Below are positions 12,024 through 25,515 of a stretch of DNA of 64,000 nucleotides, piece after piece. The DNA comes from Epiperipatus broadwayi (taxonomy: Eukaryota; Animalia; Onychophora), in contig JAQFVV010000002.1 of NCBI GenBank assembly GCA_028023455.1, forward strand, positions 2,852,001 through 2,916,000. Reading direction: 5' to 3'. A program made the translations under genes and the position numbers. The stretch's first letter is position 1. Every line of letters begins with the position of its first letter. The notes beneath the pieces are model-generated. The model was given only the letters and a program-made list of their open reading frames with translations, was not told where the DNA came from and searched no databases.

Positions 12024-13382
12024 AAAATATTGTTAAGTATAAAAGTAAATGGAAGTAAAGTGAAAAATAATATCCTCATGCTCTCATTCCAAGATAATTG
12101 TTTGGCCTATATAATTGAATTTAGGTACAAAAATAAGATGGCCATTCTTATCTTTTCAAAGTCTCTATCTTGTGCATTGGATTAAGAGTTTTCTCACATT
12201 CAACAAAAGCAACAGTGACTTAATATAACAATACAACCTTATGTGCTAAGGGTTGATTACCTCCTGTTTAGAATCACAGTTTGAAACTAATAATTACATT
12301 ATTATCTTTAATAAATTCTATAGTTATTAAACTTCTTTATTTATTTTCAGATTTTATTGTTGGTATTGTACAGAATCCATTTCAGTCAGTCTATGATATA
12401 AACTTTAATTTAATTTTTTTTTGCCAGAAACTCATCCTGTCTATTTTGAACATTTTATTTTTACAGTTAAACCTTTTTGTACATAATATATTGATAATCT
12501 TAACATTATTTATTATATAAGCATTTTAGTGATATATATTTTAAAATTTAATATCTGAAATTTTAAAAACATGAAAATACATTTTTAAATGGAGTTCTTA
12601 TCTACAACAATAGTGCTTTGAATCATTGAATAAATTTATCTATTCAAAGAGTTACTAGAACAAAATATTAGATAGTTATTGAACAATTTTTTCTATTCAA
12701 AAAATTAGTAGAATAAAATAATATATATTATCATCAAAGAAAGAAAAAAAAATTATTAAAAGTAAAAATATTATTTATTGTTATTAGCATTTTAAAAAAT
12801 AATTATTTTACCATTTGACAAATACAATTTTATGTTTGGCAAATAGAGACTGCTTTCTCAATGTTATAATGAACATTTTAAGAGTTGTTGTTTTTTTTAA
12901 ATAAATGTTTTCAAAGAAAATCCTTTTGTAGTAACATCTCTTTTTTAAGTGAAAATAATCTTTAGTCTGCAAATATATTACTGATAATTACAATTGTTCC
13001 AGTATTTAACATTGGCTAAATCACTCGGACAATCAGAAATTCTCATTTCTATTGATGTCTAGTTCATCTCCTTTGTGATATAAAGGCTATTGTCATTGCC
13101 TAAAAGACCTGTATAATTCTGACATCTTTAGATTTTTTCAAATAATATATTTAAACTGAAGATGTGGAACAAAAAAACTTCAGGTTGTGATGAAAGGTTA
13201 TAGATAAGCTTAAAAGAATGTAGAGAATATATAGCAAGTACAGAACCATTATAATACCAAAATTATTAAAATATACATTAAAAGGACCATGATTTTAGTG
13301 TTACTAACAGGAATATTTTAATTCTAACGAAAATCAGCAACTATTGAATCCAAAAAAAGACAATAGAGAATTATATTTGTGT

Positions 13383-13623
13383 ATATATTTTGGACTATTT
13401 CCATCACTTAATATGAGTATTCAATGTCTTTGGAAAAAATTAACTTTATTTAAATATTCCAAATACATTCAACTATTAGTAATAACATGCAGGTTAGTAA
13501 ATTCATATACTAATCTGCATGCTATTATTAACAGTTGAATGTATTTGGAATATTTAAATAAAGTTAAATTTTTCTAAAGAAATTCAATATTCATATTAGA
13601 TTATGAAAATAGTCCAACATATA
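13383..13623. repeat. ~240-bp near-continuous hairpin in the ChAT intron, related to the Penelope 3' tail at 38.1-38.2 kb
   Basis: Arms 13383-13485 and 13525-13623 pair. The inner CATGCAG-GTTAGTA/TACTAAT-CTGCATG extends the stem to a loop of ~8 nt. Confidence 0.85.
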
Positions 13624-14588
13624 AAAACAACTAAAACACCATCATCACAAACCTTCAGGATAACAATAGAGAATGTATACTTATTTGGACAGAAAAAAAG
13701 TATTTTTCACTTGTTCAATATAGGTTTTTCTTTGCTTTATAAAAACCGAAAAATAATTTTACATTTAATTTGTTGAATAATATGTTTAATGTTTTTGACA
13801 TAATCTTTTTGTGTGACATTATTAGTTATATTTCTTTAAAAAAAAAAAGGATTTTTTATTTTTTATTTCCTTTTTTAGCATTTAAAGAAAAATAAAATTA
13901 TTATAAAAATAAACTATCAACTTTACAAATAAAATACAAAATAGTAATAAATAGATATAAGTTAATAAAACAAAACACTTTACTTAAGCACTTAAATGAA
14001 TCTAAGGGAAAAAGTATTTTCTAAAACATCTACAATTTTGAAATTAATTTTATTAAAGAATAAATTAAAATAAAAACATTTTTAGAAATATTTAAATTCA
14101 AGATTTATTTACAAAAAAAGCAACAAAAATAGTAAGAAAGGTTTTGTCAATAGGTGTTTGTTGTTTCATTCAGTAAATATTCAATTGATCAACTTTTGGC
14201 TAGAAAGCTAATAAATTCAAATAATATCTAAATGTCTTATTAAGATACAAAAATATGTAATGTTACTTTAATTTATTTGAAATTTAAACATCATTCTACA
14301 TTTTAATATTTATATGATACTCTAATTTTACTTAAACCTATAATGGATAGAACTACCCTTCACTGTCTCTATATATATTTATCTATTTTTCATATATGTA
14401 ATTAAACATTTATATATATATGCAAATGCAAACATATCTATATACAAGAAAAAAATTAAAAGAAACCTTTTTTTGTTAAATATATCTTGAAAAATAATTT
14501 TAAAATTAAATAAAATTTGTTTTTGTTTTTTTTTTTTCAATTTTTTATTTAATTATAGCAAATATAAAACAGATTTTTTTTCTTTTAG

Positions 14589-14927
14589 ATTCTTACCACT
14601 ACAGATTCTTTCATGGGATATGGTCCTGTTGTACCTGATGGATATGGAGCATCTTATAATCCTCATCCAGATTTTATTCTTTTTGTTATATCTTCTTGGA
14701 ACAATTGTCCTGAAACTAGATCTGACTTTTTTGCTTGGAGTCTAGAAAGTAGTTTAATGCAAATCTATGAATTATGTTTGAAAACAAGTGAGAAAAGTAA
14801 TGTTTACAAAGAAAGAAAATTATCTAACGATGACCAAAATGGAAGTCCAAAACGAGGCAAAATTAGAAGTCCAATGCATGGTAAAAATCGAAATAGAAAA
14901 ATATCCCAAGATGCTCCTAACCAGTAA
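14589..14927 (+). CDS. ChAT: Choline O-acetyltransferase, terminal coding exon
   Basis: tcttttag|ATT CTT ACC, in frame with the previous exon. ILTTTDSFMGYGPVVPDGYGASYNPHPDFILFVISS...CPETRS matches the ChAT C-terminus (TDSFMGYGPV, YNPHP). Confidence 0.92.
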   Translation: MLTTTDSFMGYGPVVPDGYGASYNPHPDFILFVISSWNNCPETRSDFFAWSLESSLMQIYELCLKTSEKSNVYKERKLSNDDQNGSPKRGKIRSPMHGKNRNRKISQDAPNQ

Positions 14928-17900
14928 TCTCCACAAAAATATTTAAATAATTTTAGACATAATGAACGGGTATTTGTATATCTGATTATATTTATCTAAT
15001 ATTTTATTTTCTTAGGTCAAATAATATTTATTGTTAAACTAATATTTTCAAATTCAAGAAAATGTCAACATATATTTACATATGAATTCTATTTGGAGAA
15101 TTAATTTGTAGATACAAATCGTTTATATTTTCTAACTAATAATTTCACCAATATCTAGAATATTGTTAAAAATGAAAAAAAAAAAGTCTTAGAATATCTA
15201 ATTATTTCTAAATACATAAATTAATTTAAATGTTAATCATTAGAACAAGCAATTTTATACATTGTTTTTATTTATTTTTGATGTTGAAATAAATATCATT
15301 TATATAAAATTTAAAAAATTTTATGTTTAAAGAGGTATGCTTTTGTGCATCTCTCAAACTTGATGAAACTATCGTGTAACTGAAGCAATACGATATAACA
15401 ATAGATTGTGGCTTTTAGTCTTTAGAGAAATAATGAAAACTTCTGTTGACCAGAAAGTGTGATAATTGTGTGTATGCATATATGTGTAAATATAGAAATG
15501 TGTGTATTTATCATTTTGTACAAAGACTATAGTTACTTTTTAAATGCAATATTTACTCTTAATGTTTTTCATTCACTTTTTAAAATTAAATATTAAGAAA
15601 TCAGTTATTATCATTATTTTTGTTTTGTATTGCTTACAGCTGTTATGTGTTATTAAGCATTTTAAATGTACATATATCTTAGAGAGTTATGAATAATGAT
15701 CTTTTTATAGCAATAACTTAATTTTACATTTGTCTAATTTGCAAAAATTAATTTTGAATTATAATTAGTATTTTAACAACAATTTAGATTTTAAAAAATT
15801 GTAAAATATTTATAGTTTTTAGAATGTCTAATTAATAATCTATATCAATAAAATTAAAATAGTAACTTCAGAAATCAGATAGTAATAAATAATATATAAA
15901 AGAACAAACTAATTAAATTAAAATAATTAAATAACATGTCGTTAAGGCACATCTGTCAAAGATTTCAGCCTTTCACGTTATTATAATTAAAGTTCTAAAA
16001 TTTATTGTAATAAATTTAATAGCACATTCTAATTATTGCTAAAAAATTTCAAAATTGAGTCACTTCTCTTTTTTACATTGTTCTTAATACAATATAATAT
16101 GGTAAGAAAAATATTTGAAAAAAATTAGAACTACCATGACAAAATAAATGCTGATATATATACTATATAAATATGTAATAATATTATAAAACATTAACTT
16201 ATTTGTACCATCAATAAAAACATAATTCTTTAATTTACAATATTTGATAACAAATATCACCTAATCTCTGGACATATCTTTCTATCAGATACAATCAAAG
16301 ATGTCAGCAGCCAGGACCTTATAAAAAAAGAAGATAATATCTAGACAAACATCATTGCAACATTCAATTTGATATTAATATTTAAATGTAATTTTTAGTG
16401 ATAATTTAATTAATCTTTTTGTATTGGCAGATTGTTAAAAGACAAGACAGAATTCATAATAAAATCATAACAAAAAATTGTGTCTGATCAGAGATGTAGA
16501 TAATGCAAGTAAACATCATTAAATATTACATATTTAAATTGTGTTCAATTAGTCATTTATATATTCAAATACTATTTGAAATCAAGGTTATTTATAAAAA
16601 TGAATTTGATGAACAGTTCTGCCTTGGCTATTAACATAAAATTAATACACAGTAAGTTTACTTAAATTATTACTAAAATAAATGTTCAAACTTTAATATA
16701 AACTTGAATATTGAAGTTATAGTTCAAATAGAAATTGAATTGCTATGTTTTACATAATGACAATTACTTTCCAATCTACCTGTCTGTGTGGTTATGATAG
16801 AAACATACATTTAGCAGCTATTAGTAGACTTTTTCATCAAAGATTTTTGTTTCAAAAATTGTAAATTTTTGTAACTGGTATAAGTTAACATTATATATAT
16901 ATGTACATGCACATACAAGTATTCAAAAAACTAAAAATACATTAATATTAAATAATTAAGAGCCAAGAATTTTACATCATCATTATATTATTTGATTATA
17001 ATAAGTATTGACTTTATGTGAATCTGCATTAAATATTATTTGATTATTATTTATTATCTTTACATTATCAATTTTCTTATGCAGCATTCATAAAACTTTT
17101 TTATATGCATAAATATTAAAAATTTCTAAAGTTATGATAATCAAAAAATGACCAAAATTTTCTGATTAATTAAACAATAAACATACCTTTCATTGAAACT
17201 TTATAATCATTGTAATATGTTTCAAATCAGTGAGATTTTCTTTTTATTAACACAATAATGAAAGTGAAGATTAACTAAAAACAATAATGATGAATGAACA
17301 AATAGTTTATTAAATAAATTTTGTGCTGATTTTATATAAAATATTATCCAAATAGATGATTATGCTTTATGGTTGAGGATAATTGTGTGAAATAAATACC
17401 CTTTAATTTATTAAAATAATTTAATAAAGTTTTAATATCTAATTCATTTTTATGCTTAATGAATTGGGAATTTTAATTATCTTTGGTGTATGTATATACA
17501 TATATATTGGTAATTCTAATATTCTCACTGATAAATGATGAATTCATAGTATTATTTCCAGAAGCTTCAATGAAGAAAAAATATAATAGCTAAATAGCTG
17601 ATGTTTCAGTGCAATAACAAATACTTTTCTCAGAGCTTCTTCTTTCTCAAATCATATATATATATTGTTGCAATCAAATATTATTTTTTACCTTTTTTTT
17701 AACAAGATAACAATCAAATTTACAGTTATGTAAAAATTATACAACTTCAATATAAACTTATTTATTCCGTACTATGCTATATTGTTTTATTTATTTTTTT
17801 AGTTTATTTTTTATGTGAAAATTATTTATTATATATAATTCAATTTGTTTACCCTCCTGCTAAAGATATCAGAATATTAATGAATATCCAGCAATAATGT

Positions 17901-19645
17901 TTATTTTGAATAGAAGTTACAAAAACATGCATTATATATATGTATATCAATTCAATAAAGAAAATATATGTATTAGTGATGAAATTTTCTTTAATTTGTT
18001 AACTAATTTTATAAGCACAACCTGTGATATTTTACCTCTGTGTGTCTGTATTCATACATATATGTAAAATACATATATTAATATGTATAGGTAATATATA
18101 TATATATAGATATGTATAACCACTTCAAACATTTTTTAAAAAATACTATAGAACTTTAAATATTCAGTAGTTATTGTTGTCAATATTCTATTAAAGTAAA
18201 TTTTGCTTGAGAACATACAATCATATTCAGAATTATTTTTTTTCAACTGAATTTTTTAATTATGTTTTTGTTTAACTTTTAATCTATTTCTGTCTATGTA
18301 TATATCCATAGTCTATTAATAATATCATACAAGTAATATGATTAGAATATATTTAATAAATCGTCTTACTTGTAATAAAAATTTCTATGTCGTAATGCCT
18401 TAACTTCAAATGTATAATTCAAACTTCTCATTATTAGACAAGCATAAATGAAAATATAATAAATTAATAGCTTTACAGTTTCATTGTTTAATAAAGAGAA
18501 AATGATTGTTAGATTTGAGATAATAACTCTGAAGCTATTCGGTTATTGAAAACTTATTTCAATATTAAGAATGATTGGAATATTAGTGAAACGAATGCGT
18601 GACTTTTGATTTACTTTTGACTGGTATTAGTAATTTTGAAAATGTGTAATTTTGTTTTTTGTTATATTAACTTGTTTAGTCTTTGGCAATTTGATATATG
18701 TATGTGTGTGTATATATACCATTTAAATATTGTATTTATATGTAAAATAAATAGATAGTTAAAAACTATAATTAAAAATATTTAAAAAATATTGTAAGTA
18801 AATTCATTAGTTACACTTTATTTTTTTTATAACTGACTGTTTATCTTATATTACATATATGTATAAAGATCTGATAAACTTTGTGTAATTTTTTTTTAGA
18901 AAAATTAATGTTTTGTGGATGCAAAATATATCAATTTTGATGAGCACGCAGTATTTTTTTCAAAAATTTAAGCTATAAATAAATTATTGTGCTTCTTAGG
19001 TTTTGTCATTGTACATATATATACATAGTGTGATTCATAATTTTGCAATATAAGATGTAATGTTAGAATATAGGAAAAGCACAGAAATAACTTGACAGAA
19101 TACAATCCGCACTTAATGAGATTTAGAATTCTTTTAGGTTTTAATACTCTCAAAATGGGTTTGTAATGTAAAATTTATTAGTAACCTGTATCACATATAA
19201 AATTTTTATATTGTTGCAATATTAAGATGCATTTAGAAACTTAACAAAATAATACCTTAAATATATTTTTATTTTTGTATGGTAACATAGTCATTATGAA
19301 TTTTCACATTATGTGAAGTTGTCTTTTTTTGAATTTGTATTGTTACACATGAATTATGTAAAGATTAATTCTATAAAATGTTAGTAACTTATAAATATAG
19401 AATGTACAATTTTAATCACATATAAATATATAATGAAATTGTATTTTTTAGTTATTTGGTTTATGAAATGATTTCTAATAACAGATGTAAAAAGTACATT
19501 TTATTATTTACTTCTTCTGTAATTTTAGAAGTTATTTGTTGATTATAGAAAATAAAATTATATAATTATATAGTTGAACAATCTATCTTGAAATTTTATG
19601 ACTGGATATCTTTATATTCATTCTTTAATCATTAATGTTTTATAA

Positions 19646-19925
19646 TTGTTGTTGTTGTTGTTGTTATTATTATTATTATATTATTATTATTATTATTAGT
19701 AGTAGTAGTAGTAGTAGTATAGTAGTAGTAGTGGTAGTGGTAGTGGTGGTGGGGGTGGTAGTAGTAGTAGTGGTAGTAGTGGTGGTGATGGTGGTGGTAG
19801 TGGTAGTAGTAGTAGTAATATTAGTAGTAGTAGTAGTAGTAGCAGGAGCAGTAGCAACAACAGAAGCAGCAGCAGTAGTTACAATATTATTATTAGTAGT
19901 AGTAGTAGTAATTCATAGTAGTGGT
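19646..19925. repeat. Compound trinucleotide microsatellite (GTT/ATT/AGT/GGT/GCA)
   Basis: Read directly from the sequence. It accounts for the spurious poly-Val ORF. Confidence 0.95.
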
Positions 19926-21597
19926 AATAGTTGTAGAATTGAAATTATGGCTCTACATAGATTGTTATGTGATAGAATGTTAAAAACTGCATCTTAAGTT
20001 CAATGGGTCATGCTCAACTCTATCACATCTAATGTTTACATTTTCTATGGATCCCCTCCAAACTATCTGCTTATTTTTTAATTTGAAATTATAGATATTA
20101 ACTTTGTTATTGCTTAAATAATAATTTATTAGTGTATCTAGTTTTTAATAACATGAATTAATGATATATAAAATGATAGCATCATTCTTTATTTAAAATA
20201 ATTTCATAAAAATCTAAAATAAATGTGTTGCAAGTCTTTCTCAACACTTATATCTCCTAATTTGATAACAATTGAATATTACTAGTTATTTAATATACTT
20301 TTTACTGTTCTTATATTTTTCTTTTTTATTAATTTGGTTATTTTTAACTATCCTACAATAATCTTTATATATAAAATAAATTTAGCAGCAATATATTTAA
20401 ATGAACAAATTTTTTTTCCAGCAATATAAGGTCATCAGAAATTAAATTATAATTTAATACAAATAATGTTTAAAACCTATTCTAACAATATTTTAAAAAC
20501 ATGAAGTAATAAAAACTACAAAAGAAAAATGAAAAAAATATTTTCAATTATAGTAATCCAAACATTCTTTGCTCTCATTCTTAATATATTTTTATTAAAT
20601 TATAATGGCTTTCTTGATTTAGTGCATTGAGAAAGTGATGGCAAACTAGTTCTGGCTGAAAGATTCTGATTTCTGGATGTCATATGACACCCCTGACAAC
20701 TAACCATTTAAATAATAATGATCTTTATTAGTTAGCAAAATAACAAATTGAATATCGTAAGTTTATGTGTTTTATAATTTAAAAATAGTTTTAAAATATA
20801 AATAATAACACAATATATTTTTCATACATTATAATTTTGTTAATCATAATTTGATTCATAATTTTTAAAAAAAATATTTTTTTTTTAATAAACAAAACTT
20901 TATATTTTTTATTTAGTCATTTATTTATTTTTGATTATGTTCTTAGCAATGGAATTACAAATTTTATTATATTCATCTTTTTTTTAATACAAAATTTGAA
21001 TTTGTTTTATAAAAAAATATTTTATTATAATTTATTGTTTTTACTGCTATTCCTAAGGAGTCTTGCTAGATTTCCTTTTTTTTTTTTTTTACTTACCATA
21101 CATTCTTTAAAAAATTTTAAAGTTTTTTCTTAAAATTTATCTTTGAATTATTTAATACATTATAAAAATTATTTTTTAAAAATTTTATGTTAAAAAATTA
21201 TTATTAATTCAATCAACTAAAAATTTTAAGAAAGGAATCAATGTGTCACATTATGGAAAGAAATGTAATCAAAAAGACTAACCCCTCAATTAAAAGCAGA
21301 TTTTTTATACATAAAAATGTGTATTTTTAAAATATTGTAGCTGATATAGAACAGTGGAGAGATTTTAGGCATTTTATTCTTCCTTAAAAAATATATCTAA
21401 AAAGAACAATAAATGAGAGTTAACAAGTTACTGGTTTATATTTAAAATAATAGAAACTGAAGTTAGAAGAAAGTAATCCAGAATCATTAAAAATAAATCC
21501 TGTTTATAAATAAATACTAGGGAATTATCTCATGCATGGCATTTGATTCTTAGGCTGATGTGAATGATATAAATTTATGGATGGTATCTAATACTAT

Positions 21598-21752
21598 GAT
21601 TATAAAAGACCCAGAAAGAGACCACATGTAAGATGGATGGATGAAATAAGAAAGTGTGCAGGGGTGATGTGGAGAAGAGAAGCTAAAGATCGGAGATGGA
21701 TTAAATTTAGAAAGACCTTTATCCTGCAGTGGATTGAGAATGGTTGATGATG
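21598..21752 (+). mobile_element. 3' end of an RTE-clade LINE with a (TGA)n tail
   Basis: KRPRKRPHVRWMDEIRKCAGVMWRREAKDRRW...FILQWIENG* matches the RTE C-terminus. ATCTAATACTAT occurs at 21586-21597 and 21753-21764 (possible TSD). Confidence 0.75.
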
Positions 21753-22666
21753 ATCTAATACTATATAATACTGTATATTTTAAATGTATATAAAAATTAA
21801 TAAATATAACGCTTTCAAACTATATGTACAAACTTTATTTTCAAGTATCACTGAATAACTTATTTTCATCTTTTATATATATATGTAATGATAAATTATT
21901 AAAGGTGATATTAATGTTATAAATAACTATAAAAAAGGGAAGGACATTTAGTTATTTTCACAAACAACTTCAACTAGAATCTTTAAATTTGCGAAACAAA
22001 AATTGGAAGATGATTATAAATTAACTAAAAAACTTCTACTTTGTAAGAATTATTATCACCATTAATTAATAATTTATTGTTTTATTATTATTACATTATT
22101 TAATCTATAACAGATATTTTATATATACAAATATATTCTATGTGATGTGAGTTTAGTTCATAATGTGCTGTTTTTAATTGGTGTTTTGTTAAAATTACCT
22201 CACAGCTGGAATTTATTTTTAATTAATAGACACAGAACAGAGAAAATCTCATTAAAATATTAAAATTTAATTTAAAAATATTCTAGAAAACTACACAATA
22301 TATATATATGCACAGTATGTACATACACCATAATATATTTTTATTTAAAATTATAAATAAAATAATTAATATAAGCATAGAATATTTTACAATTACAAAC
22401 AGATTTATTTATGGCATTCTTTTACAAATATGATTTTAATGACAATAACTTATTTAATAATACAATAATCTTATTATCAAAAACTTATTCATTTAACTTT
22501 ATTAAAAATCAAATCAATTTTTATATACATAATCATTACTTTTAAAGCTTTATTTGTTATACGTTAGAAAATATCATGTTTATCCTATTCAATCCATAAT
22601 ACAAATTTAAAAAAAAGCTTGTCCTCTTACTTTAAATGAAAGTGAATATCAATAAGTAAAACCGTA

Positions 22667-22776
22667 ATTACACCTAATTGTTATAATGCATATTAATCTT
22701 GAGTTTTTAAACATATGTGTGAGTGTACAATTTATATATACATATGTGCGAACATTATGCAAATATTAGGTGTAAT
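22667..22776. mobile_element. Small MITE-like element with 11-12-bp TIRs
   Basis: ATTACACCTAAT ... ATTAGGTGTAAT, with TAA on both sides if the TIR is taken as 11 bp. Confidence 0.4.
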
Positions 22777-23018
22777 AAAAATTGATAATAAAATGTAAAA
22801 ATACAATATTTAAATAATATTAAATTGATTCATTACCGTATTTATGATGAGTTGTAATATTTTAATCATACCATTTATTTATATATATGTAAGCTAGAAA
22901 ATTAAAATTTTATTTATTTACTACTTTTTAATTTTTACTATATTTTTCAAATTCACATCACATGACCACCACTTCTATAACTGTCTTAAAATAGGCAAAA
23001 CTCACTATATGTATTGCT

Positions 23019-23085
23019 CTCAGATCCAAGACTCCTCACTGATGAAGGCCACAAGCCAGAAACTAGTCTGGGGATATTGGATGAG
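23019..23085 (+). ncRNA. Type I hammerhead ribozyme (PLE/retrozyme type)
   Basis: Helix I CTC-ag-ATCCAA-gac-TCCTCA pairs with TGGGGA-ta-TTGGAT-GAG. Core CTGATGA, helix II GGC(cacaa)GCC, GAAA, palindromic helix III ACTAGT, GTC cleavage after 23068. Confidence 0.85.
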
Positions 23086-24205
23086 TAGACACTAGATGGG
23101 GATTTTATGCACAGGCCTCCTGGCATCCATTGATTACTCTATCTTGCTGTGTGCAGCAATACGTATAATGAGTTTTGCCTGTTTTTTTTTTCAAATTCCT
23201 CTAAGTGAATTGGTTAATATTAAGCCAGCTAATACAGCAGCTTCACTTCAAATCAAATTATATATTACATGCCTTATTTGATTAAATTTTGATTACAGCC
23301 TTTTTATTTAGTTTTTAATTTAGAAGACCTTTAAGCAGATTTAATAGAAGTAGAAGTTTGTGTTCCCTACAAGATCTTACTTCCTTGCATAATAATCTAA
23401 GCAGACACTTTTTGATGAGAAATTTTCCTCTATAATGATATATGCACCAGACCCAGATGGCAATTTTTTTCTTAAAATAAGGTGTAGCTTTTTAATTTAA
23501 TATGCTAATTACATTTATTTCAATTTTAAAATGTAAATAAGTTAAATTCCATTTAAGAATTTAAATCATTATAAGAAAAAATGATATAAGTGCCATCAAG
23601 TGATACTTTTCATTTGTTATTGTTAATATCATACTTTCATACAATATTTAATAAAAAGTTATTAATCTTTAAACGTACATTTTAAAACAGGTAACATGGT
23701 GAATATAGTAACTATTTTTAATGTGTTTTATTTTAATAATTTCAATATTATTTATTCTATGTTTAATTTTTACATTATTTAAAAAATTTGTTTTAAATTT
23801 GTTTTTTAATGAAATATAATCTTAAAAATAATACATAAACTTTGGAAATAAAAAAAGAGAAATAAACATACAAAATCTATTTTTAACAAAATAAAATTAT
23901 TCTCAACAAAGTTTCTATCAATAAAATGAATTTAATAAAAATATATTCAAGATTTATTTTTTAAATACTAATATTCAACTTATAATTACAAAAACAATAA
24001 AAAATAACATTGAAGTGACATTTTGTTATAACAATATGAAGTTTGTTATTTTAAAAATAAGCCCTTCATATTTGCTGTAACTGATTGTATTTCAGCTAAA
24101 AAACAAAAAAATATTTTAAAATAAAAAAACTGAATGAATAGATCACTTACTTATGAAAAATGAAGATTGAATGAAATTAAAAAAAAAAAAATATTAACCC
24201 CTTAT

Positions 24206-24221
24206 AAAAAAAAAAAAAAAG

Positions 24222-24258
<37 letters not shown>
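24206..24258 (+). repeat. 53-nt poly(A) tract containing one G
   Basis: Read directly from the sequence. Confidence 0.9.
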
Positions 24259-24261
<3 letters not shown>

Positions 24262-24299
24262 CTATTTTGTAATAGTAAATTAGAATTTATCATAAAATT

Positions 24300-25515
24300 T
24301 AGATCTTCAATTGGTGGATGGCATATGAGACATTCCTTTCTCTATTTATATGGTTGTCTCCTTCATTTAATTTTGTTTTGACTGTGCTTTTGAGAAGGAT
24401 ATTTTAAAGGATGAGTTTGATCTTCTTATATAAGTATTATCAAACTGTAGCTTGAAATTGTGGATGATCTATCTTGTTTTTCTCTGACTGTTCTTTATAC
24501 ATGTTACTGAAGTCTACTAAAGTTAATAATTCTGCCATTTCTTTGATTGAACACTAGCTGTTTCCAAGCATTATCGGTTGGACTGTGAATGACATCTTGT
24601 TGTATATAATCTGAATAATTGTTTTCTTCTAATAAAGAAAATAAGAGACCTCAATTTGGATGGCTCTTGATAAAAAATGAGTATATATTTCTGTTATTTT
24701 TGGATATCTTTCTTGAAATTCTGTGCACCCTAAAAGCTTTGCGTATTTGCATATCAGCCCCAAAAGTCCAAGTTTTCATTCCTGATGCATGCCATCAGTC
24801 TTTAGCTGCTCTGTGAAGAAGATAACATGTGACAATTGAATTTTTGTTTTTCTCTAAATGTTAAAATCAAATAGTTCTCTCAAGCTTTCCATGTGCTTTC
24901 AAAGGGAATTCTTTGGCTCTGGGCTTATATTATTTATCACATGATCACATTTCCTATACTAGCACATTAATTGTTGATAAACAGAGCAAAACTCTCCATA
25001 CAGTATTGCCACCTGTGCTAAACAGAGTAATCAATGAATGCCAGAAGGCTTGTGCATAAAATCCCTATCTAATGCCTACTCATCCAATAAATGTGATCAT
25101 GTGATGCTTAATGGTTTAACACCAATCCTGCCTAATAGGATAGTGGTGGCTATGGTTGTAAAAGAGCCAAAGACACCAAAATGTATGGGTGCTGAACTGA
25201 GTTCAGACCCATATGACTATATAAGCTATTGAGCTTAGATTGAAAATATTTTTTGTGTTTTCAATTTCATTCTCATAGTTTTGTAGTTAAGTGGAGATAA
25301 AAGGTGGCTTCTGGAGGATTGCATTAGATCCTAAGATCTAGGTGCAATGCTCTCAGATCCAAGGCTCCTCACTGATGAAGGTCACAAGCCAGAAACTAGT
25401 CTGGGGATATTGGATGAGTAGGCACTAGATAGGGACTTTACACAAGCCTTCTGGCATCCATTGATTACTCTGTTTAGCACAGGTGGCAATACTATATGGA
25501 GAGTTTTGCTCTGCT
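24300..25515 (-). mobile_element. Probable Penelope-like 5' end with an inverted pLTR tail
   Basis: 24981-25089 is the reverse complement of 25409-25513. A decayed minus-strand frame HVIFFTEQLKTDGMHQE*KL weakly resembles the PLE N-terminal H..FL..C......PKGL.L motif. Confidence 0.5.
25352..25418 (+). ncRNA. Second copy of the type I hammerhead ribozyme
   Basis: Same fold as 23019-23085 with a few substitutions. GTC cleavage after 25401. Confidence 0.85.

Noticed and set aside
14928-19600. Long repeat-poor stretch after the ChAT stop with several TGTANATA (Pumilio-like) sites, suggesting a long neuronal 3' UTR
   Set aside because: Such motifs are expected by chance at this AT content, and the transcript end cannot be located without RNA data.
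19635-19997. 120-aa poly-Cys/Tyr/Ile/Ser/Val ORF
   Set aside because: It is simply the translation of a compound trinucleotide microsatellite.
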